DNA of 64,000 nucleotides from the human T2T-CHM13v2.0 reference genome, Homo sapiens (GCF_009914755.1 NC_060940.1); one strand, 5' to 3'. Shown: positions 30,531-45,925, counted from the first letter of the stretch. Numbers and translations: made by a program. The notes: generated from the letters alone by a model not told the origin.

Positions 30531-30925
30531 TGTTAAATCAAGTTTAGCATAAAGCTGCCTCCTTACATGTTTTAAGTTCAGCCTAAACTTTTCACTATAC
30601 ATAGTGAACTATAACCTAAACGGAGGTGTAACTAGACTGTCATAGCCTACACTTGTGCCAATCACTGAGTTTTGGCCAATCAAAGGTGGCCAACTGTTCA
30701 ATCATTGTTAAAATAAGGCAAACACTGAGCTGTAACCAATCTAGCTGTTTCTGAACCTCACTTCTGTTTTCTGTACATCACTTTGCTTTTTCTGTCCATA
30801 AATCTTCCACCACTTGGCCTTGGTGGAGTCTGTCTGAGCCTACTCTGGCTTGGGAGCCTGCCTGATTCATGAATTGTTCTTTGCTCAATTAAGCTCTTCA
30901 ATTTAACTTGTTTTAAGTTTTTCTT
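30531..30925 (+). mobile_element. MER57-like ERV1 solo LTR
   Basis: tgttaaatcaagtttagcataaagctgcctccttacat start; repeated CCAATC boxes. Confidence 0.75.
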
Positions 30926-30929
30926 TTAT

Positions 30930-31175
30930 CTTTATTATTCTTTTTATTTATTGTATTTCTTTTTGAGACAGGGTCTTGTTCTGTTGCCCAGGCTGGAGTA
31001 CAGTGGTTTAATCAGCACACTGCAGCCTCAACCTCCCAGATTCAATCCTCCTGCCTGAGCTTGCTGAGTAGCTAGGACTGCAAGAACTTGCCACCATGCT
31101 TGAATAACTTTTTTTTTTTTAAAGATGTAGACTCACTATGCTGCCCAGGCTGGTCTCGAACCCTAGGCATAAGGC
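30930..31175 (-). mobile_element. Diverged AluJ-type
   Basis: Reverse Alu. Confidence 0.85.
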
Positions 31176-31818
31176 TTCTTCCCTCATTTTATACTGTTGA
31201 TCTAGGATGGTATCAATAAAGATAGAAATGAATGGTTAAAGAGATATTTTGGTTATAAAATCAGTAGGGTTGTGGTGATGGATTGCTTATGAGAGGTGAA
31301 GGAGAGGGAAGTGTTAGGATGTTGCCTGGGTTTTCTGGCTTGTTTAACTGGATGGGAGAGGTGGTTGCATCATTCCTGGAGCAAGAGAAAACACTGGGAG
31401 AGGACCTGGAGAGGAGATTATGACTTTGGGCTTAGCCATTTTGAGATGCCTGGTGTTGCACATAAAGGTCTGCAGATTAGAGAAATCTCACTGGAGATGG
31501 ATATTTATAAGATGTGTGTATAGCATAGATGGTAATTGCTGATGAAGGGTAGAAGGGGAAGCATGGAGTAGAAGAAAAGAGGGCATAGGATTGAGCCTTG
31601 ATGAACTGCATTTACTAGTTAAGTAAAGAGAAGGAGCTTAAGATGGTAAATGGCTGGAAAGGTTGGAGCAACACTGGGAGACTGTGACTTCACAGAAGTC
31701 AACTAGTCCAATGCCACTGAGTTCACAAGTGGCAGAACCAGAATTTGTACCCAAAGCTCATACGATTCCACTACTTTGAACCAGAGACCCCTCACTAGCA
31801 ATAGGATCAAAATCCTAC

Positions 31819-31956
31819 CTTTTTGAACACCAGGACGCTGTCAAGGGTGACGTGGAAACGCCCAATGACATTGCCAATCGTTATGACTCCAAACGTTAGC
31901 TCTGGAAAGTCTTTGATCACATCATAGAACAACTCTGCTACTTCTTCCTCTAAATC
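31819..31956 (-). CDS. PDILT: PDILT exon 5
   Basis: aaatag|GAT, AAG|gtagga, 138 nt; [23 protein letters not shown]...SVLVFKK. Confidence 0.94.
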
Positions 31957-33064
31957 CTATTTGGGAAAGGATGTTTGGAAAGGCTTTGGTAGAAATCAAG
32001 GTGCCTGGTTTATATAAGGGAAAGACGGCAGTGGTGGCTGATTCGTCTCTTCACTTTTTCAAGTTCTGGGGTTTGCCTGGGTCACCCAAATCCTCTTTCA
32101 TGAGTATTTCATACTCAAAATGCTTCTCTGGCTATGAATAAAGCCAAAATAGGCAAGTCCTCAGAGATCAACAGAGAGAAATGATAAATGTGACCTTTTC
32201 CAATCTCTAAAGGGTGTTCTAACCCAATGAGACTTTTAACATTTATTCCTTAGTTACTTTCAGAAGAGGCAATTGATTTTACCACATGTAATACAAAATG
32301 TGAACTTAATGTCAAGAATTTCAGCCTTCATTCTTTAGCTTGAAAGAAAATCAAGGCCAAACACCTCTCAAAGAAGTAACAAGGGGTGAGGGAGAGAGGC
32401 AGATAGTCTCTCTGTGTTAAATATAATGCCCAAGTTCTGCCTTCTACTGGGAGGAGAGAAGTCACCAACTTATAGCAAAAGAATTAGGACACATGAGAAA
32501 CTCATTCTCCTAAAGCAAAAACAATTAGCAAGTTATTTATAAACATTAAAAAATCTACATGAAAGGCTATTATGAGACGTTTCATGATTGTATCTAAGTT
32601 ACTTATGTTCTTCCCCAAACATCTCCTACTGCACCTCTAAGGGTTGGTGTATTTTCGAATGAGTGCATGTTTATCCTGTGCTATCGGTTTTAATATATGA
32701 GGATGCTTGGAAAGAGGTTAGGGAGAGAAACTGGCCTGGCCCAAGCATGGCTGGTGGCCTTCAGATTCATAGAGAACAATGGCTCTGAAACCAGAAACTA
32801 AGACATCCTTTTATTAAGTGATGTTCTAAATGGACCCCTAAAATGATTAGCCACACTGTTAAAACCCATTAAATACAGATGCCAATCTTCTCTCTTTTCT
32901 TTCCATTCCTGTTCATTTGAACCCTTGGAGCTTCCCCTAAAAACCAGATCATTGGATGGAGAAAATTGGGCAATCAAAACGGAAGAGTCTCCTCACACCA
33001 CCCCCTCCCAGACACAGCACTTCTCATCAGTTGAAAGCCTCCTCCCACCTCTTGGTCCCAGTAC

Positions 33065-33198
33065 CTGGAAGAAGCCAACGATGACCAAGGGCCTGGATAT
33101 CACAAACTCTGCCACCTGCTCGCTGCTGTTGAACAAAAATGCTTTCTGGCTAATTTGTCGTCTCAACCAAACGACTAAGGCAGCAGATTCAACCACTC
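33065..33198 (-). CDS. PDILT: PDILT exon 4
   Basis: ctccag|GA, CAG|gtactg, 134 nt; [14 protein letters not shown]...VIVGFFQ. Confidence 0.95.
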
Positions 33199-33999
33199 CT
33201 GGAGAAAGACACAGTCAAATAGATACCAGAGAAGTTTCCTCTTGAACCAAAGCAAGAAGCTGGTCTTTCTCAAGTTTAATGCATAGAACCTTCTTGTCTC
33301 AGGCTCCCACCCCTTGAAGGCCAAAGTCAGTTCCTCCATTCCCCTCTTCCCCAAGCTCCAAGCACGAACATTAACAACAGCAGCTAAATGTTACTGAGCA
33401 CTCAACAAGGCCCAGACACTGTGCTGAACGTTTTGCATATATTAAATCTTCACAATAATCCTATGAAATAGACACTTTTACTCTCCCCATTTTGCAGATG
33501 AAGAAACCAAGGTTCAACTGCCAACAGGCACCCAACTAGAGAACCTGAAGATCAAATTTAGGAGGAGGCATTTCCAGACTTCTTTTCTTATGAACTCTCC
33601 AAGGTGACAGGAAGATTGATTTATATTTTAAAATCTCAATAAAATATAACTGGAAAGACCACATAGCTCTGTAACCTTGGGAAAATCCTATTATCTTCCT
33701 GCAGCCCCCATTCCTCAGCTGAGATCCAAATGCCCTTTAAGGTCATCCACTCCTGACTGCCATTTCTCAGCTATAGCATGGTTGGTGTCAAGCACACAAA
33801 AGTCTTAGCTTCCAAAATTAAGACACATATACTATATCTGGGAAGACAAATTGGTGAGCCAGAAGGTACAGAAGGCTATACACAGGTGAACGTGTGTTTT
33901 TCTAGGATTATCAGTTTCACATGATGGAAAGTAATGTAAAATATTATATATTTGTATCTGCTATAGAACATTAAAACTGAACATTTTAAATAAGTTTAT

Positions 34000-34286
34000 G
34001 AGCTAAGCATGGTGGCCTATGCCTATTTCCCAGCACTTTGGGAGACTAACGCAGGAGAATCACTTGGGGCCAGGAGTTTGGGACCAGTCTGGGCAACATA
34101 GCGAGACACTCAGCTCTACAAAAAACAAAAGAAAATTAGCCAGGCATGGTGGCATGTGTCTGTAGTCCCGGCTACTTGGGAGGCTGAGGCAGAAGGATTG
34201 CTTGAGCCCAGGAGTTCAAGGCTGCAGTGAGCTACAATCAGCCTGGGAGACAGAGTGAGACCTTGTCTCTAAAATAAATAAATAAA
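34000..34286 (+). mobile_element. AluJ-type
   Basis: Alu dimer. Confidence 0.9.
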
Positions 34287-34668
34287 TTTATGAGATAAAG
34301 CAATATTCGTTGTGAGTAGCTTTGAACTACATCCACAGACTGTTATTCATTTACGCACTCATTTATTTCTTCCCTCATTTATTTACTTGGCAAATATGTA
34401 CCGAGTGCTTACTATCAAGTGCTGTACTCAGCCCTGGAGATATAAGGATGAACAGAAACAAACACATTACCACCATTTCACAGCTCTCATTCTGTCGAGG
34501 AAGACAACAATCAAATAAATGCATGAACAAGGGCATCATTACACCCAAAGGAAATGTTTGAAATCAAAGTTCTGCGAGTCTGTAGCAAAGATGCCTGACT
34601 TAGGCTGTGAAGTCAAGGAGGACTTCCTGGAGGAAATTATGGATGAGCTGTAAAATAAAGAATGCACT

Positions 34669-34998
<330 letters not shown>

Positions 34999-35375
34999 CT
35001 AGGAGGCATTAAGGAGAGGGAAAGTCTTCTAGGAGAAACAGCCTATACAAAGTCCTGCAGCAGGACAAATTGCTACCTGAGGCTGGATGAATGCACCCTG
35101 AGCTACTAAATCAACTGCAAAGGCTCTACCTTCGTTATATTTGTTTTATTTCATGAGAACATGAAGGCTTTTCAAAAACTTATAATAAAGTATATTTACA
35201 TGCAGAAAGGTGCATAAATGATAATGTATGGTTAGATGGATTTTTACAAAACGAACACACTTGTGTGACTACAACCCAAATCGAGAACTAGAACATCACC
35301 AGATCCTCAGCAGTCCCTGTTGTGCCCACTCCCAGCCTCTACTCCCCTCAATCCAAAAGTAACCACCACTCTAAC

Positions 35376-35812
35376 TACTTCTTCTTCTCCTTCTTCTCCT
35401 TCTTGTTCTTCTTCTGCTTCCTCTTCCTCTTCTTCTCCTTCTTCTTCTTTTTATTTTACCTTAAGTTCTGGGATACATGTGTAGAACATGCAGGTCTGTT
35501 ACATAGGTATACATGTGCCACGGTGCTTTGCTGTACCTATCAACCCATCACCTAGGCTTTAAGCCCCGCGTGCATTAGGTATTTGTCCTAATGCTCTCCC
35601 TTCCCTCGCCCTCCACTCCCAGACAGGCCCCAATGTGTGATGTTCCCCTCCCTGTGTCCATGTGTTCTCATTGTTCAACTCCCACTTATGAGTGAGTGTG
35701 TTTGGTTTTCTGTTCCTGTGTTAGTTTGCTGAGAATGATGACTTCCAGCTTCATCCATGTCCCCGCAAAGGACACGATCTCATTCCTTTTTATGGCTTTG
35801 TAGTATTCCATT
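35376..35812 (-). mobile_element. L1PA 3' fragment with (CTT)n-like tail, inside an older L1M
   Basis: ttaagttctgggatacatgtg...gtagtattcca L1 3'UTR. Confidence 0.88.
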
Positions 35813-36016
35813 GCCACCTTAACTTGTAACAGATTACATTAGTCTGCCTGTTCCTGAACTTCATATAAATGTTCTTGGCTCTGGTTTCATTATGTTTGTG
35901 AGATTCAGCCACAGTTTTTCATGTACTTGAAGATTCATTTCCACTGCTGTGAATATCCCACAACTTATTTGTCCATTCTCTGCTAATGGGCATTTAGTTG
36001 CTCTCATTTTAGGGCA

Positions 36017-36622
<606 letters not shown>

Positions 36623-37310
36623 TGAATGAATTCTTGTGCATGTCTCTGGGGCACACTGTATGCACTTCTGTTGGGTGTATAGCCAGCAGGAGAATTTCTG
36701 GTCATAGCAGATGCCATGTTCAACTTTAGTAGATATAGTTAAGGTCATGTTAAAAGCCACAATGAGTCAAACCTATGGAAATTCATGTGAAGCTGATATG
36801 GTGGCTTCAAGAGAAGAGAGAAGGAGGAGGCATCATGCCACCCTCAGACCTTGGTACCCCACATCTGCTGTAATTCCCTCCTCTGAGATATCAGCCTCAA
36901 CACTGAGTTTCTGTACAGTGTTTCCAGCCATCTTTAGGTAAAAATAAGTCACACTTGGAAACAAATGGTTTCTCTTATATGCTTTTGTCTGGCAAAAGTA
37001 TATTGTAAGTGATCCAAAAGGAATTGATTTACAAAATCTGAAAATATCCAAAAACAAAACCTGCCAAATGAATTTAAATTTCAGGTCATCAGAACCATTG
37101 CTCTGATGTCACTTTGTGCCACCCTCTGCCCTTTCCACACTCCAACGTTACAGTTATCTTCCAGAACACTGGCTTCAGCCTTGGCTTGTCCCTCCTGATG
37201 GGCTGCCCTTTCCTCAGCTCTTCAAGGGCAGTGCCTTCTTCTGCCTGTTCAATTCTCAGTTGGTTCTTCTTTTCTTTTAGCCAATCACTCTCTGTCTTAT
37301 GACCTGTTCT

Positions 37311-37633
37311 ATTTTCTTTTCTTTTATTTTCTTTTTCTTTTTTTCTTTTTTTTGAGATGGAGTCTCACTCTGTTGCCCAGGCTGGAGTGCGGTGGTGTGA
37401 TCTCAGTTCACTGCAACCTCTGCCTCCTGGGTTCAAGCAATTCTCTGTCTCAGCCTCCGGAGTAGCTGAGATTACAGGTGCCCGCCACCACACCCAGCTA
37501 ATTTTTTGTATTTTTAGTAGAGATGGGGTTTCACCATCTTGGCCAAGCTGGTCTTGAACTCCTGACTTCGTGATCCACTCGCCTTGGCCTCCCAAAGTGC
37601 TGGGATTACAGGCGTGAGCCACCGTGCCCAGCC
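37311..37633 (-). mobile_element. Alu
   Basis: Reverse dimer. Confidence 0.95.
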
Positions 37634-38018
37634 GAGCTACCCTATTTTCTTCATTGAGTCTATCCCTTCTTGAAATTATTAGAATGATTTTTCACTAGCT
37701 TGTTCAGTGTGAGCTCCCAGTAAGCTCCTGTAATGCCTGGCACATAGTAGATGCTTAAGAAATCTTTCTAGAATGAATGAATGGGCTGAATGAATCATCA
37801 GGGAAGCTGGCTTGAGGAAACTTGATCTTGGGCCATCTTCTTGGGGACGTGTGAGCTCCATTTGCCCCTCTGGCCCCTGTGGGACCGAGGTAGTTATGAA
37901 CTCTGCAAATTGTTGATTCCTTTGTGCCTGCAGATCAGGCACTGCCCTTGTCAGGGACCTCCTTTGGTGCTTGGCTCTGTGCCAGAGGACACGGTGACAA
38001 CTGAGGTGTGAATGCAAT

Positions 38019-38031
38019 GTCAATGATTGAC
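38019..38031. promoter_or_regulatory. HNF1-like palindrome GTCAATGATTGAC in PDILT intron 3
   Basis: Perfect 6-1-6 palindrome, 10/12 to HNF1 consensus. Confidence 0.5.
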
Positions 38032-38352
38032 TAGGACCAGCACTGGGCTGCATATTTCCAGGCACAGACTGTGGCTGCATCATTAATAGAGGCCTAGAGG
38101 CAACCTGAGTCTCCCTCCTTCCAGAGCAATGGCCATGGCCAAGTCTCCTGCCATCAATCCTTGGAGATTAGATGAGAATGGGACTGGGGCTTTGACCCTG
38201 CAAGGACTAAATCCCACCAGTGTCCTAAGAGGAGTTTTCATCAAAGTCACATTGCAGAAGATGCGTAAAGCACTGTCTCCTCTCAGCTCAGAGGAGCCCT
38301 GGCAAGTAGGCAGAACTGGCCTTACTCATCCTGTTTAGAAAATGAGAAATTG

Positions 38353-38707
<355 letters not shown>

Positions 38708-38894
38708 TCATCCTAAAATCCAGGCATCCTCAATCCCTGTCCCAGCTTCATCCTGGCATTCCCTTTGCCCTTTCTCTGGTTAGAAGTAATACTGAGGAAG
38801 CAAGCCCAGCAGAAATATGGGTGGGTACTTTACCCTATGCCCACCTGCAGTGGGTGCTTCCAATTCCATTGTATTCAAAATCTAAAACTTTTAT

Positions 38895-39195
<301 letters not shown>

Positions 39196-39319
39196 CAAAA
39201 ACTATTTGTTAAGAACTTAATTGTTCCAGGCATTGGAATAGAATGAGAAAACTAATAGTCTGATAATAATAATGAACACATCTGCCTCTTGCTTAGAGTA
39301 CAGCGCAATGTAAAGCGGA

Positions 39320-39532
39320 TTTCAACATACTATAGCCTGTAGTCCAAATCTGGCCTGCTGTTTGAATGTATAAATAAAACTTTATTGGAACACAGTCATT
39401 CCCATTTGTTAACACGTGGCTGCCTTCACATTGCATCAGCAGATCTGAGTAGTTACAACAGAGACTGCCTGGCCTGTAGGATCTGGAATATTAATAATCT
39501 GGGCCTTTGCAGAAAACATTTGCTGACTCCAC
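39320..39532. mobile_element. MER58-like hAT MITE
   Basis: caaatctggcctgc...taaaactttattggaacacag...tttgcagaaaacatttgctgac signature. Confidence 0.75.
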
Positions 39533-41642
39533 CACTACTCACTGGGCAGCTTTGAGGAAGTTATTCTACCTTTCTGTGCCTCAGTTTCTCCATCTGTAAA
39601 AGCACCTCTTATATTGGGGTGTTATGACATAGGAGAAGGGTCTAGAACAATGCCTGGAACACAGTATATGCTACAGGTATGTGTCAGGCCGTGTGCCTTG
39701 CAAACATCATTTTATCTTCCCAACAGTGTAGAGGGGTAGATCTTTTCACCATCCCCATTTAACAGATGGAAAAACTGAGATTCGACGAGCGGCAGTGATT
39801 GTTTCTTAAGCCTGTGGTAAGGATTTGGATGCAGAGGGGAGTGCTGTCAATTCTGGCAGTCTCTTTAGAGGACCCAGGAGTGCAAGTGAGATCAGCCACT
39901 GCCCTTGTGATGCTCTCTGTAGAGAACAAGCAATAAGTAGCAGATGTAATTCTTTGAGGCGAGGGCCTTGATGGGGAAAACACAGATGCTGTGAGGCCAC
40001 AGAGGTGGAGCAGGCACCCTGGCCTGAGCAGTCAGGGGAGACTTCCTAGATGGGGTGATGATGAAGCTTCCTGTATGGCAGACGAGGTCCCAGGCACTGG
40101 TTTCCCTGATGAAGGGGGCTCAGAAGTCAAATGCCTTGGGGACCTTCTCTGCTAGTTTCACCCACAGTCTGGAAGTTGCCATATTGTTACTTTGTCGCCT
40201 CTAAGTGGAGTCAGCTCTCTCCTGCCCTTCAGGAGGGAAGGTCATTGCAGCACCTGGGCCACTCCATTAGCAGTCATGGGCTCCGATGACCTAGGGCCTC
40301 TCATTTCCTCACAGCTCTCCCCAGAGCAAACACATCACAAAGGGCTCCTTGCTGGTGTCAGCGAGTCCCCCTTGTTGAGGGTCATCCCCTGGTATCTATA
40401 GGAAACAGCATCCTCTGTTGCTTCTCTCACTGCTCCCGCCCTCCCTCCCCATCTCTTCTCTGGCGCCCGCAGCCACCACCCTCCCACAAGCCTGCTGGGA
40501 GCTGCAGCCCTGCCCTTAGGTGATTGCTCCGAGGTTCTCTTGTGGCGCCTTTCTCTGGGTCTATCCTGTGTCTTTCATGCCCTCTTGTGTCCATTCTGAG
40601 AACTGCAAAGCATCCTGCAGCCCCTGGATGTGTGTTTCTTGCAAATAACACTGAATCCAGCTTATTGGAAGCTGGTTATACACCAGATCCAGTGGAAGGC
40701 AGTTTCCGTTACTCAAGACTCAATAATTTAACATATATAATGGGAACATTCTACTGGCATGGCTGTTACAGGCACTTCTGTGTTCATCAGTTTTGTTACT
40801 TCCATCCTTCCATCCATTTATCCATCCTGCATCCATGAATGCCTTCATATATGTAACTTTCTAAAAGTTGGGACTACCATATGTGCCATACTAGTACCTT
40901 ATTCTCCACACATCCTCAACATCAAGATAGGGCTTGGCACATGGTAGCTTGTCAATAAATGGATGCTGAATAAATGAATGAACGAGTTAATCAATGAATG
41001 AAAAATATGATAGAACGTAAGGTGTTTGGTAGACATTGCATCCCAAGCCTGTCTTGTTCCATCATCTCCCAATTTCCCTTTTGGCTAAATAGTGCTTCCC
41101 TAGTCCTAGGACTCTGTCAAATCATTCTAAAGTCAAAGATTGGGAGTGGGAAGTGGAGTTAGAACTTAATCTCTGGTGTCTGATAGTTTCTAAGCCATGC
41201 ACCCCACCCTCCCACTTCTTGGTGTTTCTAGGGCCCATCAGCTGAGCTTCAAGCTGTAGTAGAAGCAGCCACATATTCACTAAACCCGTTTTCTTTCTAA
41301 AAACAGAGCTGAACTGTATTTCTCCGCCTTTCTTGCAGCTGGTTCTGGCCATGTAACAGAATTCTGGTCAATGGGATGTGAATAGAAGTGATACTTACCA
41401 CTGTTCATGGCCAGGGCCATGAACAGTACCCGTGGTGACCTTCTACCCCTTACCCCAACTGCTGGCTGGATACAGAGGAAAGAGCAGGTGGCTCCAAGGC
41501 CCTAGAGAAGGGCAGAGTCACAAGCTGGAGGATCCTGGGTCCCCGAGAAGCTGCATGGAGCAGAGCCTCCCACCTTTACCCTATAGCTGTTAAGTGGACT
41601 TTCCATGAGCATGAAACAAGTGTGACACACAAGCACCATTAC

Positions 41643-41849
41643 CTTTGCAGCTGATGGGCTCTGACCTGTTGCCCTCAAAAAACAGCTTCAACTCCGGGGC
41701 CTTGGTAATCCCAAACTCCTGCTGAAGCTCCTTCTCTATGGTAATGTCCACTTTGCCAAAGCCGATCCCATTCTTGCCTTTGCCCATGATCTCCACAGCT
41801 TTGCCCAGCTCTTCCGCCAAGTTCCTGGATTGCTTTGAGGATGGGTTGT
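41643..41849 (-). CDS. PDILT: PDILT exon 3 (a domain, SKQS in place of CxxC)
   Basis: tttcag|AC, AAG|gtaatg, 207 nt; [15 protein letters not shown]...FGKVD...PELKLF. Confidence 0.96.
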
Positions 41850-42514
41850 CTGAAAGAGTATGAAGACAAAATTTGAGAGGCCTTTCCTCGCTCCCCATCT
41901 CCAACAGTAGATTATTTGTTGGGCCTGCTTAGCTCCCGGAACCTTTCTTGTGCTCAGCGGTTAATGGCTGAATTTTCATAAATGTGACAAGATGTGAGAC
42001 ACAATGGTTCATGAAATTAGACAATCTGGGAGATGTCTATCAAGGTTCTTTGGATTCAGTAGCATTGGAAACAACACAACCATGGGCAACTTTACTCCAT
42101 CTCTCTGAGCTCCACTTCTCTTGTGTAAAGTGGGTGAAAATAATAGTGGTTACTTCAAGGAATCGTCAGAGTTAAATGAGATTTATGTCACAACCAGCTA
42201 TAATTGCTTATTGTTTTCTAAGAGTTTTACGTGCATTAAGCCATTTACTCCTCTCTATAACTCTGTGGGATAGGTATTATTATTATCTCAATTTTATACA
42301 TGAGGAAGCTGAAGCACAACAAATGACTTACTTGCGCAAAGCCCTGTGACAGTGAGAGGTAAGGCCAGGATAAGAGCCCATTCTGTCTGGCTGTAGAGTT
42401 CTTTTCTAATCTCCACTAGGCATGTAAACCACTTGGTATAATGCCTGGCACAAGTTAAGTACATGCTGCGTTCTTATTACTGCTTCCATTATTATAGTAA
42501 AATTTCTGTGGTCA

Positions 42515-42750
42515 AAGCAGGACCCAAGCAATGATTACACAAAGGCATGCAGAGTGGTATAATGGACATTGGAGACTCAGATGCGGGGAGGCTGGGTGCA
42601 GGGTGAGGGATCAAAAAAAACTGCATATTGGGTAGAAAGAACATGACTAAGGTGATGGGTGCACTAAAATCTCAGACCTCACCTCTACACAATTCATCCC
42701 TGTAACCAAAAGCCACTTGTACCCCCAAAGCTATTGAAATAAACAAAAAC
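42515..42750 (+). mobile_element. L1PB/L1MA-type 3' fragment
   Basis: gcactaaaatctcagacctcacc...ccacttgtacccccaaagctattgaaataaa. Confidence 0.8.
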
Positions 42751-42921
42751 AAACCACTCAATAGCATAGACACGATGATCACATTTATGGAATTGTTAAA
42801 AAGTGTATGCCCAGGGCAAAAGAAGTCTAGAGGGAAATTTTCCAAACTATTAAAATTTTTTGTTTTAAAAAAATTCTGTGGTCAGAAATTATGGAGACAG
42901 AGAGGAAGCATGAGAGCTCAT

Positions 42922-42940
42922 GAGCGCCATCTGGTGGAAC
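42922..42940 (-). promoter_or_regulatory. CTCF motif (CCACCAGATGGCGC)
   Basis: 14/14 match to CCASYAGRKGGCRS core at 42924-42937. Confidence 0.75.
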
Positions 42941-44602
42941 GTCCTGGAGCTAACAGGCCAAATTGAGCCCCTGCAGTTGCCCTGCATGTAATTGGACAGG
43001 GGACTTTCGCAGGTAAGGAAAACCAGGTGTGGGGAGGGCGGGGATAGGGGAGGTTGTGGTGTTCCCCTGAGTCCACCCTCTTGTCTCGAAGAGACCTGGA
43101 ACTCTCCATTAAGAGATCTGATCTGGACGCCTTGGCCCCTCACGTTGCTGGGCAGTGGGGAGGGACTGGGGAAGCCCTTTTCTGGAAGCGGTATCAGGGA
43201 GCTGGCACGTGACCTTGGCAGTGCAAGAGGCTTTTCTGGCTAAACGGAGGGGACTAAAAGGCGCCCAAGTGTGCCTTTCTTCCTCCTGATAACATTGTGA
43301 GGCTGCAGGTTCCTCGCTACCCCATGACTGAGGAAGGGGGGCTGAGCCAGGGCAGGGGGTCATTGATTGCCTTTCAAGCCAGAACATTTTATCTTTTTCA
43401 CTGCCGCCCACCCCCGTGGTCCATCTGGAGCACTTGGAGAAAGTGCAAATGACCTCTGCTGCAGAGGGCAAGTTCCAAGTCCAACAGAGAGGTCTTTTGT
43501 AAAGTGCCGCTCAGAAAGCAGGGCCCCGGGACAGCTGGCGAGGGCCCCGTTGCTGGTCAGCACGCCTGCTCCTGCAATGGGATCGGAAAGTGAATGATCG
43601 CTTTCATTAAACTCCCGGTCAATGGACCGGAAGCGGGGACTTTGTGCCTCCCTCCTGGATCGATGCCCCTCCACTGCCTGCTTTGTCACCGTCATCGCCT
43701 TCGATATCCCCTGATATCCCCTATCCATCATCACCAGCATGCACTGGCCAATTGCTGGCTGCTCTGGTCCATGGGGCTCTCCCCGGCTTCCTCGTGGATG
43801 TGGCCATGCTGGGCTCAGGATTGCTGATTGACATAGAATCCGAATCTGAGTTTCTGAGGGCGGAAGCTCAGGGCAAGAGAAACACTTGGAATGATTGTCC
43901 AGATGGTAAAGCAAATTTTAGAGGTTCCACACACAACCCAGTGCCCCTGGGTGTCTGAAATGGAAGTGACAGAGAGAGCTTGTGGCAACCGGAGTGCTGG
44001 GGTCTGAGAGCTAGATTGATGGGGCCTATGATAATAGTAATGGAGATTCATTCATTCGTTTTATGCATTCATTCATTTATTCATTCATACAATGAAACTT
44101 TTAGGATATGCCATGTGCCAGGCACTGTCCTAGGGATTGGGGATATAACAGTGAACAGATAAAAACCCCTGCTGTCACTTGAAAAGGCAGAAAATAAGCA
44201 GAATAACAAAGTAAAATATGTGCTGTGTTAGATAATATGTGCTTTGGAAAAGAACAGGAGAGTTGGAGGTTGGGAGTATTAGGGAAATTGCAAGTTTAAG
44301 TAGGAGGCTAAAGATGGCAATGTTTTAATAAAGATGGAAAGAAATGAGAGCGCAAGCCATGTAGACATCTAGCAGGAGAGAATTCCTGGTAAAGGGCCAG
44401 TGTATGCAAAGGCCCTGAGGTGGGGCATGTGTGACATGTTCAAGGTATGACAAGAAGTCCATTGGGTCTGGAGCAGAGTGAGCTGGGGCCAGGGGACAGG
44501 TGATGTAGGGTCTCGCAAGCCACTGAATAGACTTTGACTTTTCCCAGAATATGGAATGGTACCAGAGGGTTTGGAGCAGAGGTGGAGGTGATCTGAGTTA
44601 CT

Positions 44603-44857
<255 letters not shown>

Positions 44858-45626
44858 GTGATCTGAGCTACTTTTTAACTGGATTTCTCTGAATATTATA
44901 TGGAGATTAGACAAAAAGGGAAAGAGAAAGGATGCAGGTAGACCAGTCGGAGGCTACTACAGTAATCCAGGCAAGAGATGGTGATGGCTTTGGGCCAGGA
45001 GAGTGGTAATGGAGGGGCTGAGAAGTGATTCCATTCTAGAGAGATTTGGGAGGAGGAGTTTGGATATGGAACATGGTGAAAGAGAAGAGTCAAGGGTGTC
45101 TCTGAGGTTTTTATCTGAGTGACATAGGATTATGTAGGATCTTCTATGGAAAGATGATGATGATGTCACTATCATCGCCATAATGATGATGATATTGATG
45201 GCGATGTTGATAATGAGAATAGTAATAATAACAACACGTATTGATCCCTTACTGTGCTAAGTACTTGCTTAGTGTTCCATGCATTACCCTGGTTAATCTT
45301 CAGAACAATCCTGTGAGTTATCTGTGATTACAAGCAGGAATATCACAGATAAGGAAATGGAAACCCAGAGGTCTTACAGCTAGTATGCAGTTAGGCTGAG
45401 AGTCAACTCGAAGGCTGACTGGCTCCAAGGTTCATGCTCTAAATGACCAAATTGGCCAGCTGGTCTGAAAAATCTTTTTCTTGGAGCAGATTAATGGGGG
45501 CATGTTTTTCATTTCTTCTGTTCCAGGTGGTTCCCATCAGAGCAGAGACAACCTACACAGCCAACGCCACTCTTTAAAATTTAGAGTCCGATTTTCTGGC
45601 TTCTTTCTTTAAAAATTTTGTAAATT

Positions 45627-45925
<299 letters not shown>

